Source: Candidatus Buchananbacteria bacterium CG10_big_fil_rev_8_21_14_0_10_33_19 (lineage in GTDB: Bacteria > Patescibacteriota > Patescibacteriia > 2-01-FULL-39-33). Taken from it: a DNA stretch of 64,000 nt. The stretch's first letter is position 1, and the number at the start of each line of letters is the position of its first letter. The stretch lies in the NCBI GenBank assembly GCA_002773855.1, contig PEZY01000012.1, positions 161,570 through 225,569 of the forward strand, written 5' to 3'. The notes under the pieces are model-generated. The model saw only the letters and a list, made by a program, of their open reading frames with translations, did not search any database and was not told the DNA's origin. The translations under genes and the position numbers were made by a program. Positions 1 through 8,987 of the stretch are shown piece after piece.

Positions 1-2
1 TT

Positions 3-2042
3 TTGGGTGATAATTTTTATCACAGTTTTTGGAGTAATAATGAAAGAAGCGAAGGTCTGCTTTTGTATATTCATTTGTTTGCTTTCTTAGTCATAGCTTC
101 TAGTTTTTTTCGTCAGCTGAAGGATTGGTTAATAGTTTTTGATATCTTTGTGGCCGCTAGTACAGTAGTAGCTCTAGTTGCCTTGGGTCAATTTTTAGAA
201 TTGCCTTGGTTAATGGCTTCCAGTGGTGGCGAACGGTTGGCTGGAACAATTGGTAATGCTGGTTATATGGCTGGTTATTTAATTTTTGGTGTTTTTTGGG
301 CTCTGTTATTATTTGTTTATCGCAAAAATGTATATTTAAAATATTATTATGCCTCAATTGTTCCTTTATTTATTTTTGTGATCATTAATACCCAAACTAG
401 AGGTGGTATTGTGGCTTTGGTTTTGTCTTCGTTTGTTTTTCTGATGTATTTAATTTTTTATTATTTTAAACAAAACAAGTTAGTTAAAAATATTTTAATT
501 GGCTTTTTAGTCGTGTTATTATTGGGCATTGTATTTTTATTCGCTAATAAGAATCAGGCTTTTGTGTCGGAAGATCCATTGCTGTCTAGAGTTACTGATT
601 TTTCGTTTAAATCTAATACTGTTGAAACTCGTTTGTGGACTTGGCAGTCGGCTTGGTCTGGCTTTAAAGAAAGGCCAATACTGGGCTGGGGACAAGAAAA
701 TTTTTATCAGCCATTTAACAAATATTTTAATCCTAATATTTATCGTAAAGCCACTTCAGTGGCGTGGTTTGATCGGGCTCATAATATTATTTTTGATAGA
801 TTATTAACTGGCGGTATTATTGGCTTGGCATTGTACTTGTCATTTTTATTTGTGCCATATTTTTATTTTTGGAAATATTTTTTAACTAAAGAAAAAGATT
901 CAATTAAAGATAAATATTTAATTTTGATTATATTTAGTTTGGTGATGATGGCTTATTTTTTACAAAATTTATTTATTTTTGAATCACTGGTAATTTATAT
1001 ACCTTTGTTTTTAACTTTAGCTTTTGTATCTTTGTTTAATCCAAGTATCAAGTGGGAGGTGATTAATAAACCAATTGTTAAGAAGGTGTTAGTAGTCTTG
1101 GCGGTAGTCTTTATTATGCCAGCTATTTATTTTTTTAATTTAAAACCGCTCCAGGCTAATATGGATTTAGCTAAGGCCTTGGATTCACCTAAATTTTCGG
1201 CTGATCAAAGATTAGATTTAATTAAAGATGTTTTGTCCAGTTCCACAGCTGGTAATCAGGAATATCGTTTGCAGTTATTTAACTTTTTTAATAGGTTATT
1301 AGAATCTGGTTTTAAAGATCAGGCTGTGATAGTAGATTTTGTTAATTTACTAGAGATCGAATTAAATAAACAGGTAGTGGAAAATCCTAATCGAACTATG
1401 AATAATTTAGTTTTGATTAGGTTTAATAATTTTATGTTTAATTCGACTAAACAAATAAAATATTATAATAGTAATGTTGATTTATTTAAGAAAATAAGTG
1501 TCTTGTCACCAAATAGACAGCATATTTATTATGAATCTGGGTATGGTGATTTTTATGTGGCTAATTATTATCGTGATCAAGGACAAGAAGATGTGGCCAA
1601 AGAATATTATAAGTTAGCGATTGAGAAGTTTGAAAAGGCTCTAAGTTTAAATCTTAATAATTTAGAAAGCTATAGGCAGTTATCGATGATTTTAATTTAC
1701 AGTGGTTCTAATAACGATAGAATTAAAGAGCTGTGGAGTGATTTGGATAAGTTAGATGAAATGGTTTATGCTGGTCTTAATCCAGTGCCAACACTTAGTC
1801 AGTTGCTTAATACTGCTGCTACTGCTAAAAATTATGATATCGTAAAATTTTTTGCTGATAAGTTAATAGAAATTGATCCTAATAATCCCGAGTTTCATAT
1901 TCAATCAGCCTTAGCTTTGGCTGGGTTGGGCAGAGATCAAGAGGCTATACTAGAAGCTCAAAAATTATTGGAGTTTGGTGAGGAATATAAAGAACAAGTG
2001 AATGATTTTATAAAACGAGTAAAAAATGGAGAGTTTAAATAA
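3..2042 (+). CDS. Polytopic membrane protein, O-antigen ligase/Wzy-like N-terminal region plus C-terminal TPR-like helical repeat region; TTG start at the window edge, so the 5' end may be truncated
   Basis: About 10 predicted TM helices in the first ~400 aa. The C-terminal ~250 aa have TPR-like repeat character (LAIEKFEKALSLNLNN, YESGYGDFYVANYY). Confidence 0.45.
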   Translation: MGDNFYHSFWSNNERSEGLLLYIHLFAFLVIASSFFRQLKDWLIVFDIFVAASTVVALVALGQFLELPWLMASSGGERLAGTIGNAGYMAGYLIFGVFWALLLFVYRKNVYLKYYYASIVPLFIFVIINTQTRGGIVALVLSSFVFLMYLIFYYFKQNKLVKNILIGFLVVLLLGIVFLFANKNQAFVSEDPLLSRVTDFSFKSNTVETRLWTWQSAWSGFKERPILGWGQENFYQPFNKYFNPNIYRKATSVAWFDRAHNIIFDRLLTGGIIGLALYLSFLFVPYFYFWKYFLTKEKDSIKDKYLILIIFSLVMMAYFLQNLFIFESLVIYIPLFLTLAFVSLFNPSIKWEVINKPIVKKVLVVLAVVFIMPAIYFFNLKPLQANMDLAKALDSPKFSADQRLDLIKDVLSSSTAGNQEYRLQLFNFFNRLLESGFKDQAVIVDFVNLLEIELNKQVVENPNRTMNNLVLIRFNNFMFNSTKQIKYYNSNVDLFKKISVLSPNRQHIYYESGYGDFYVANYYRDQGQEDVAKEYYKLAIEKFEKALSLNLNNLESYRQLSMILIYSGSNNDRIKELWSDLDKLDEMVYAGLNPVPTLSQLLNTAATAKNYDIVKFFADKLIEIDPNNPEFHIQSALALAGLGRDQEAILEAQKLLEFGEEYKEQVNDFIKRVKNGEFK

Positions 2043-2090
2043 TTATTTTGTTAATTAGCTTACGTACTTAATTATTTTTAATTACTACTT

Positions 2091-4274
2091 ATGAATTATC
2101 TTAAGAGTGATTTGATTAAATATTTAATTCTGACAATTTTTGTATTGTCAGGATTTTTTATGTATACAAATCCAGTTCAAGCCATTTATGCTACCACCAC
2201 TAGCCCGGCATTGAGTGGTTACAATTTTCAAAATATTAGTGGTGACTATATAGCTGATAGTAGTTTTTGGTTTGATGGTGAGCATTTTCGCTTTTCTTTT
2301 ACCCCGACCAGAGATTTTTATACGGTTTTTTATCATTATGGTGATCGTATAGCTCATTATCCATATTATTTTACATATTTAACCGCTAGTTATTTTTTTC
2401 AATCTGGAGGTGGCGGTGGTCATGGTGCTTACTTTGTTGAAAATTTAGATGATTTAAATAATTATCAAGCGGGAAATAGTATTTTCTTTTTGTGGGAAGC
2501 TGGTCAGAGGTATGATAGTTATATTATTGATGGTGACATTGCTAGTAGTGGTTTAACCGAAGATAATTTGTACTTAAATTGGCATTTTAAAGATAATCCT
2601 GATGACAAATTGAAATTAGATTATAGCTATGTGAAATTTGCTAGTCGTTATTTTGATTCTATTAATAATACTCATCCTAAAAATTATATTAATTATGATT
2701 ATGTGCCAGAAGATTACAAATTAGACCCAGTGATTATTGTGCCGGGAATTTTGGGGAGTTGGGATTTAGGCGGTGGTTGGCAATTGGATCCGATACTTAA
2801 TACTTATGATAATTTGTGGGAAGCTCTAAAGTTGGCTGGTTATGAGGAGGGAGTGAATTTGTTTGCATTTACCTACAACTGGCGACTATCAAATGTTTAT
2901 AGTGCCATGGAATTCAAAAATAAAATAGATGAGGTTAAAGCTGTTTGTGATTGTGATAAAGTTGATATTGTAGCTCATTCGATGGGAGGATTGGTGGCTC
3001 GAGCTTATGTGGAAATGGGTGATTATGAAAATGATATTGATCAATTAATATTTTTGTCTACGCCCCATAGAGGATCTGTTGTATCTTATTTAACTTGGGA
3101 GGGTGGTGAAGTTGGTTTTAAGAAAAATGAACAATTACAACAAAGAATTTTTAAGGTGGAGGCAGAGTTTAATGGCTATGGCAGTGTCTATGATTATGTT
3201 CGAGAATTGCCTATGAAATCGGTAGAAGAGGTTTTGCCAGTCTTTAATTATTTAAAGGATAAGTCTCTAGATGACAATTGGCAGATTAGGGATTATAGTC
3301 ATAACTATCCTCATAATTTGTTTCTGGAATTGTTGAATAATCCTAGTCAGCTAGATAAACTAAATAATATTGATATTACCAATATTATTGCTAATAGTGG
3401 TGAGGCAACTGTAAATTATTTAAAAGTAATATCTAAGGATTTTATTGATGGTCAGTGGCAGTATGGCTACCCTGATGGTTTTTATAGTGCGTTTGGCGAT
3501 CATGGTATTGAATACGGCCCAGGCGACGGTACTGTGCCATATACTAGTAATAGCAAGTTTTATAATTTTTCTGATGTGATTATCAATAGTTCACATAATC
3601 AAGTAGTAACTGATGCGCAGAAAGTAGTAATCAAAGAGTTAACTGGTAATGAACCGACAGTCGAAGTGCGAAAAAATATATTCTCTAAATATTTGCTGAT
3701 TAGAATATTTTCACCAGCAGATTTTGTAGTGGTTGCACCTGATGGTAAAAGAGTAGGTAAAGATTTTACTAATAATAGCTCAGTGAATGAAATTGATGGG
3801 GCTTTTTATAGTGGCTTTGAGAGTGGTCCGGAGTTTGTGGTTATCCCTGATCCTTTAGAGGGAAAGTACAATGTAGATTTACAAGGTACTGGTACGGGAG
3901 AGTATAAATTGAGTGTGAGTTTAATCGATGATAATCAGGCAATTGATAGTGATTATTCTGGTTTTGTGACGCCAGGCGGTGTAGATAGCTACAATATTAA
4001 TTTATTGGCTAATTCAATATCCAGTTTAACTCCGCAAATTAATACCCTAGAAGAATTATTAGAGGAAATAGATACTATATATCAAAAGGGTTGGCTTAAT
4101 CATTTTGGTAGTAAAAATGCCTTAGTATCTCAGCTTAAAAATGGTTTTAAGAATAATCAGCAGTTTGATCAGTTAAATAAATTTTTGGCTAATATGTTAG
4201 AGAAGAAAAGAATAAATCAACAAGCTTATGGTATAATTACATCAGCCTTAATTAATATTAAAAATAATTTATAA
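2091..4274 (+). CDS. Secreted alpha/beta-hydrolase, lipase class 2-like domain (AHSMGG nucleophile elbow) inside a 727-aa protein with signal peptide and long C-terminal extension
   Basis: N-terminal hydrophobic signal-like segment. VIIVPGILGSW ... DIVAHSMGGLVARAYVE matches the GXSXG motif of Bacillus LipA-type lipases. Confidence 0.6.
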   Translation: MNYLKSDLIKYLILTIFVLSGFFMYTNPVQAIYATTTSPALSGYNFQNISGDYIADSSFWFDGEHFRFSFTPTRDFYTVFYHYGDRIAHYPYYFTYLTASYFFQSGGGGGHGAYFVENLDDLNNYQAGNSIFFLWEAGQRYDSYIIDGDIASSGLTEDNLYLNWHFKDNPDDKLKLDYSYVKFASRYFDSINNTHPKNYINYDYVPEDYKLDPVIIVPGILGSWDLGGGWQLDPILNTYDNLWEALKLAGYEEGVNLFAFTYNWRLSNVYSAMEFKNKIDEVKAVCDCDKVDIVAHSMGGLVARAYVEMGDYENDIDQLIFLSTPHRGSVVSYLTWEGGEVGFKKNEQLQQRIFKVEAEFNGYGSVYDYVRELPMKSVEEVLPVFNYLKDKSLDDNWQIRDYSHNYPHNLFLELLNNPSQLDKLNNIDITNIIANSGEATVNYLKVISKDFIDGQWQYGYPDGFYSAFGDHGIEYGPGDGTVPYTSNSKFYNFSDVIINSSHNQVVTDAQKVVIKELTGNEPTVEVRKNIFSKYLLIRIFSPADFVVVAPDGKRVGKDFTNNSSVNEIDGAFYSGFESGPEFVVIPDPLEGKYNVDLQGTGTGEYKLSVSLIDDNQAIDSDYSGFVTPGGVDSYNINLLANSISSLTPQINTLEELLEEIDTIYQKGWLNHFGSKNALVSQLKNGFKNNQQFDQLNKFLANMLEKKRINQQAYGIITSALINIKNNL

Positions 4275-4278
4275 AATT

Positions 4279-4653
4279 ATGTCTCATAAATTAAAAAATT
4301 TTAGTTTCATAGCTTTTGCTTTTATTTTAATTATTTTATTTACACCGTTATTTGGTAGTTTATATGATAAATATTTTGGTCCAGTTACAAGTGGATTTCT
4401 TGGTCTGTCCCATCCAGAATATTTTGAAGGTTTTTTTATGAGTTATGCTTTTTTTATGACATTAGCTTTAACTTTATTTATTACTAAAAATAAGTATAAA
4501 TTGATTGCAATTTTTTTAGGTTCTCTGTTATTGTTTGATATATTTTTGGGTTCTTGGGAAGGCTTAATAATAGATTTTGGGACAATGGTTATTTCTTGGC
4601 TGTTGGCCCAATTAGGTTTATTTATTTATAAAAGTTTAAAAATTAAAAAGTAA
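4279..4653 (+). CDS. Small integral membrane protein, hypothetical
   Basis: 124 aa, 4 hydrophobic segments. Confidence 0.4.
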   Translation: MSHKLKNFSFIAFAFILIILFTPLFGSLYDKYFGPVTSGFLGLSHPEYFEGFFMSYAFFMTLALTLFITKNKYKLIAIFLGSLLLFDIFLGSWEGLIIDFGTMVISWLLAQLGLFIYKSLKIKK

Positions 4654-4661
4654 ATTAGTAC

Positions 4662-4698
4662 AAAAAAAATCTCCGGAGATATCTCCGGAGATTTTTTT
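4662..4698. terminator. Bidirectional intrinsic terminator between convergent genes
   Basis: A8 - ATCTCCGGAGAT ATCTCCGGAGAT - T7. A 12-nt self-complementary unit is present twice in tandem and flanked by A and T runs. Confidence 0.7.
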
Positions 4699-4701
4699 GA
4701 T

Positions 4702-4802
4702 GTCATTGCGAAGTAGCGGAGCGAATGAAGCAATCCCATGTTTATATCACATGAGATTGTGGAGTTTATTCTAAATAAAATAAGGGATATTCTCGCAATG
4801 AC
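4702..4802. repeat. GC-rich ~100-nt element bounded by a perfect 10-bp inverted repeat (GTCATTGCGA ... TCGCAATGAC)
   Basis: IR arms at 4702-4711 and 4793-4802 with an ~81-nt GC-richer interior and no ORF. It lies in the 3' UTR of the minus-strand GT4 gene. Confidence 0.4.
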
Positions 4803-4814
4803 GATTAAAGTTTT

Positions 4815-5939
4815 CTATTTGTATTGTAAAAAAGTTTGTTTCAGCATTTTGGCTTTAGAGAATTTTGCTGTGACATAATTTTTAGCTTGATTGGCTAGCT
4901 CTAAACTTTCAGTTTTATGATCAATTAAATATTTTATTTTATCGGCCAAGTCTTTATAGTTTTTAGGTTCTATTAAAATGCCGTTTTTATTATTTATCAT
5001 TTCTGGCACGCCACCAACATTAGTAGCGATAATTGGCAGGTTAGCAGTCATCGCTTCTAAAATAGAATAAGGCAGGCCTTCTTTAGTGGAGGTTGATACA
5101 TAGATATCCAAAGCTTTTAAATATTGTGAAGCTTGATCATGTTTACCAAGTAGTAAAAAATTATTTTTTAAATCTAGTTTGGTAATTAATTCTTCTAAAT
5201 CTGGTCTGAGGTTGCCATCGCCAATCACAACTCCAAGAATATCACTATTTTTTAATTCACCAACAGCGCGAATAAAATATTCTAAGCCCTTGGTTTGATA
5301 AAAATTAGCTACGGTACCAATAATAATTTTGTCAGTTGGTAGATTTAATTTTACTCTAGCTTCATCAGAATCTAGAAAATTTAGATTACTGATATCTAAA
5401 CCATTATAAATAACCACTGAATTTTTAATTTTTATGTTATGGTCTTTAGCTGATTGTTTGTCATAGTTTGATAAAAATATAATAGTATCTTTGTATTTGG
5501 CGGTTAACTTCTCAGTTAAATGATAAATTTTTTTATAAAGAAGAGAAATATTTTCATTAAAAGCCCAGCCATGAACCGTGTGAATTAGTTTACTTTTTTT
5601 AAGACCACTTAATCTGAAAGCATAAGAACCTTGAATACTGGGCTTACTGCTACTGGTATGGATAATATCAGGCTTTGTGGTTTTAAATAATCGGCGTAAT
5701 TCCCAAACAGCCAAAATATCATTAATCGGAGATATTGGCCTAACCATATATTTTAATTTAATTGTTTTAATGCCTTTAGATTCTAACTTATTAATTAGAG
5801 TCTCATCATGGTTTTTGCCAACCGCTACACTAATCTCGTAATTTAAAGCCCCAGGACTAGTTACTAGATCGTAGAGGTATTTTTGAGCACCACCCCATTC
5901 GGTTTGGGTAATGACATATAAAATTTTCTGCTTTTTCAT
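4815..5939 (-). CDS. Glycosyltransferase family 4 (GT-B)
   Basis: C-terminal EGLPYSILEAMTANLPIIATNVGGVPEM motif typical of GT4/GT1. Confidence 0.8.
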   Translation of the reverse strand: MKKQKILYVITQTEWGGAQKYLYDLVTSPGALNYEISVAVGKNHDETLINKLESKGIKTIKLKYMVRPISPINDILAVWELRRLFKTTKPDIIHTSSSKPSIQGSYAFRLSGLKKSKLIHTVHGWAFNENISLLYKKIYHLTEKLTAKYKDTIIFLSNYDKQSAKDHNIKIKNSVVIYNGLDISNLNFLDSDEARVKLNLPTDKIIIGTVANFYQTKGLEYFIRAVGELKNSDILGVVIGDGNLRPDLEELITKLDLKNNFLLLGKHDQASQYLKALDIYVSTSTKEGLPYSILEAMTANLPIIATNVGGVPEMINNKNGILIEPKNYKDLADKIKYLIDHKTESLELANQAKNYVTAKFSKAKMLKQTFLQYK

Positions 5940-6004
5940 AATTGACTTTTTAGCCTAAATATATAATAATATTAAGGTATATTTAAGTATTAATCAAGTA
6001 GACA

Positions 6005-6934
6005 ATGAAGTTTTTAGTAACTGGTGGCGCTGGCTTTATCGGCAGTAATTTGGTGGTTAAATTGATAGATATTGGCCATGAAGTGGTAGTAATTGATGAT
6101 TTATCTAGTGGTAATATTAAAAATCTTCAGCTAGTAATTGATCGGATAAAATTCGTTGAAGGTTCAATATTAGATTTAAATTTACTTAAAAAAGAGTTTA
6201 TAGGTATGGATTATGTACTTCATATGGCGGCCATGCCATCAGTGCCAAAATCAGTAGAGAAGCCACTAGAGACTAATGCGGCTAATATTGATGGTACTTT
6301 AAACGTTTTAATTGCTGCCAGAGATAGCGGTGTTAAGCGAGTGGTTTATGCCGCTTCCTCTTCTAGATATGGTAATTCGACAACAGATATTAAATCGGAA
6401 AGTTTACCAACTAAGCCTTTGTCACCTTATGCCTTGCAAAAATTTACTGGTGAAGAATATTGTCGAATTTTTTATAAAATTTACGGCTTGGAAACAGTGG
6501 CGACTATATTTTTTAATGTGTTTGGACCAAATCAAAATCCAGATTCGCCATACTCAGCTGTAATACCAAAGTTTATTAAATTAATGCTAAAAGGCGAGCG
6601 ACCAGTAATTTATGGTGATGGCCAAACTTCTCGTGATTTTACTTATGTTGATAATAATGTCAGTGCGGTTATTGCCGCTGCGACAGCTAAAGAGGCAGTG
6701 GGTCAATCAATTAATATTGCTTTGGGCGAATCTATTTCTTTAATTGAATTAGTTAAAAAAATAAATAAAATTTTAGGTACAAATATTGAACCACAATTTG
6801 AAGATTTTAGAACTGGTGATGTAAAGCATAGTTTAGCCGATATATCTTTAGCTAAAAAAGTGTTAGATTATCAAGTGGATGTAGATTTTAATAGTGGTTT
6901 GGAAAAAACAATTAATTTTTTAAGAAGTAATTAA
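6005..6934 (+). CDS. NAD-dependent sugar epimerase/dehydratase (extended SDR, UDP-sugar 4-epimerase-like)
   Basis: VTGGAGFIGSNL Rossmann motif. YAASSSRYG and YALQK (YxxxK) catalytic motifs. Confidence 0.8.
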   Translation: MKFLVTGGAGFIGSNLVVKLIDIGHEVVVIDDLSSGNIKNLQLVIDRIKFVEGSILDLNLLKKEFIGMDYVLHMAAMPSVPKSVEKPLETNAANIDGTLNVLIAARDSGVKRVVYAASSSRYGNSTTDIKSESLPTKPLSPYALQKFTGEEYCRIFYKIYGLETVATIFFNVFGPNQNPDSPYSAVIPKFIKLMLKGERPVIYGDGQTSRDFTYVDNNVSAVIAAATAKEAVGQSINIALGESISLIELVKKINKILGTNIEPQFEDFRTGDVKHSLADISLAKKVLDYQVDVDFNSGLEKTINFLRSN

Positions 6935-6942
6935 AATATTAT

Positions 6943-7797
6943 ATGGACAATATCAAGATTGGTTTTATTGGTCAGGGGTGGATTGGTAAAAATTATGCTG
7001 ATAATTTTGAGAACCGTGGTTACGAAGTAATTCGTTACGCCCTAGAAGAGCCCTATCTTAACAATAAAGAAAAAATTAAAGATTGTGACATTGTTTATAT
7101 CGCTGTGCCCACACCATCAACTCCTAAGGGTTTTGATAGCAGTATTGTACATGAAGCTATTAAACTAATTGGTGATGGCAAAGTGGCGGTAATTAAATCT
7201 ACTATTTTACCAGGTACTACAGAAACTATTCAAAAAGACTTTCCTAATGTTTTTGTCATGCATTCACCAGAATTTTTAACCGAGCGAACAGCCGCTTATG
7301 ATGTAGCTAATCCGGGTAGAAATTTGGTGGGTATCCCAATTGATAATGATGACTATAGGACAAAGGCTCAAGAAGTTTTAGATACTTTGCCATTAGCACC
7401 ATTGTCTAAAATTATTTCCGCCAAAGAAGCGGAACTGTTTAAATATATTAGGAATTGCTTTTTTTACACTAAAGTTATTTTTATGAATTTAGCTTATGAC
7501 TTGGCTCAGAAGAATGATTGTTCTTGGGAAACCATTCATACTATTATGAGTGCTGATCCTTGGATTGGTAATATGCATATTGATCCAGTTCACAAAAGTG
7601 GTCGGGGAGCCGGTGGACATTGTTTTATCAAAGACATGGCCGCTTTTGATGAGATGTATAAAAAATTAGTTGGCGATGAAGCTGGCCAGCAAGTTTTAAA
7701 AAGTTTACAAGCCAAAAATATTGAATTGTTGTTGTCTAGTCATAAAGATTTGGATTTACTGTCTGGGGTTTATGGCGAGGATATAATTAAAAAATAA
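6943..7797 (+). CDS. UDP-glucose/GDP-mannose dehydrogenase family protein (compact, 284 aa)
   Basis: N-terminal GFIGQGWIGK Rossmann. HSPEFLTERTAAYD resembles UDPGDH NPEFLREG. GGHCFIKD resembles the catalytic Cys region GGSCFPKD. Confidence 0.55.
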   Translation: MDNIKIGFIGQGWIGKNYADNFENRGYEVIRYALEEPYLNNKEKIKDCDIVYIAVPTPSTPKGFDSSIVHEAIKLIGDGKVAVIKSTILPGTTETIQKDFPNVFVMHSPEFLTERTAAYDVANPGRNLVGIPIDNDDYRTKAQEVLDTLPLAPLSKIISAKEAELFKYIRNCFFYTKVIFMNLAYDLAQKNDCSWETIHTIMSADPWIGNMHIDPVHKSGRGAGGHCFIKDMAAFDEMYKKLVGDEAGQQVLKSLQAKNIELLLSSHKDLDLLSGVYGEDIIKK

Positions 7798-7798
7798 T

Positions 7799-7822
7799 TG
7801 TTACGTAACATGTTACGTAATA
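7799..7822 (+). promoter_or_regulatory. Direct repeat of TGTTACGTAA (each copy holds the palindrome TTACGTAA) immediately upstream of the 7830 CDS; candidate operator
   Basis: Repeat copies at 7799-7808 and 7811-7820, separated from the ATG by 9 nt. Confidence 0.3.
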
Positions 7823-7829
7823 ACGGTTT

Positions 7830-8984
7830 ATGGAAAATAACAAGGTGAATGGCGTAGCCAGAGATGGTGGCCTGGGCCAAAAACCAAAAATTTTAATTTT
7901 CTCTTTAGCCTATCATCCTTTTGTAGGTGGGGCTGAAGTGGCTATCAAAGAAATTACTGATCGCTTGGGTGGTGATTTTGAGTTTGATATGGTGACCGCT
8001 AATTTAGATGGTCGTCAAAAGGCCACAGAAAAAATTGGCAATATTAATGTGCATAGAATTGGTAATGGTAAGTTGGGTAAATATTTATTTCCTTGTTTGG
8101 CTTATCGTTATTCTAAAAAACTTCAGGCTAAAAATAGTTATGATATGATCTGGGCGATGATGGCTAATCAGGCTGGCTGGGCAGCGATGCGATTTAAAAA
8201 GAAATTTCCAAAAGTAAAATATTTATTAAGTTTACAAGAAGGTGATAGTGAATGGGATATTTGGCTTAGAACTTTTTTTATTAGACCAATTTATAAATCT
8301 ATTTATCGCCGAGCGGACAAGATTCAGGCGATATCTAATTTTTTAAAGAATAGAGCAGTGAGATTGGGGGCTAAGGGTGATATTGTGGTGGTGCCCAATG
8401 GAGTTAAAGTCCAAAACGTAGAAATTAAAACGCAAAACTATAATTCAAAATTAAAACAAATAATCACTGTCTCTAGATTGGTGAAAAAAAATGGCGTAGC
8501 AGATTTAATTAAGGCTATGACTGATGTTAATGGCAAATTAATAATAATTGGTGATGGAAAATTAAAAAATAGCTTAGAGAGTTTGAGAAATAGATTAAAT
8601 CTAACTGACAAGATAGATTTTTGGGGAAAAATTGATAATCGTCAAGTTTATAATGCTTTAAGAGACACAACTGTTTTTGTACGTCCATCTTTAACCGAAG
8701 GATTAGGCAATGCCTTTTTGGAAGCGATGTCAGTCGGTGTACCAGTAGTCGGGACTAAAGTTGGTGGTATCCCTGATTTTTTGGAAGATAAAAAAACCGG
8801 TTATTTTTGTGAAGTAAAAAATCCCAAAAGCATTGCCAAAAAAATAAATTATATTTTAGCTGAAGAAAATAAGGCAGAGGTAGAGCAAGTTGTAGAAAAT
8901 GCTAAAAGATTAGTAGAAGATAGATATTCTTGGAATAGAATATATATTGATATTAAAAAAATTATAGATAAATTAATAAGTTAA
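7830..8984 (+). CDS. Glycosyltransferase family 4
   Basis: TEGLGNAFLEAMSVGVPVVGTKVGGIPDF GT4 C-terminal motif. Confidence 0.8.
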   Translation: MENNKVNGVARDGGLGQKPKILIFSLAYHPFVGGAEVAIKEITDRLGGDFEFDMVTANLDGRQKATEKIGNINVHRIGNGKLGKYLFPCLAYRYSKKLQAKNSYDMIWAMMANQAGWAAMRFKKKFPKVKYLLSLQEGDSEWDIWLRTFFIRPIYKSIYRRADKIQAISNFLKNRAVRLGAKGDIVVVPNGVKVQNVEIKTQNYNSKLKQIITVSRLVKKNGVADLIKAMTDVNGKLIIIGDGKLKNSLESLRNRLNLTDKIDFWGKIDNRQVYNALRDTTVFVRPSLTEGLGNAFLEAMSVGVPVVGTKVGGIPDFLEDKKTGYFCEVKNPKSIAKKINYILAEENKAEVEQVVENAKRLVEDRYSWNRIYIDIKKIIDKLIS

Positions 8985-8987
8985 GTT

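Noticed and set aside
157-357. Short antisense or alternative-frame ORFs from the six-frame track: 157-357, 529-807, 2148-2357, 6312-6563, 9400-9594, 9746-9940, 10461-10706, 10745-11131, 16325-16531, 17979-18263, 17986-18234, 19565-19747, 20454-20663, 27419-27634, 28424-28624, 31655-31849, 31795-32037, 32460-32651, 33616-33822, 36762-36971, 41269-41508, 42430-42627, 44483-44701, 44494-44691, 51475-51660, 52357-52557, 52798-53091, 55791-56060, 57142-57363, 59251-59451, 62239-62478, 63643-63831
   Set aside because: All lie entirely inside longer, well-supported CDSs on the other strand or frame. Their low-complexity, AT-codon-driven sequences are typical of shadow ORFs.
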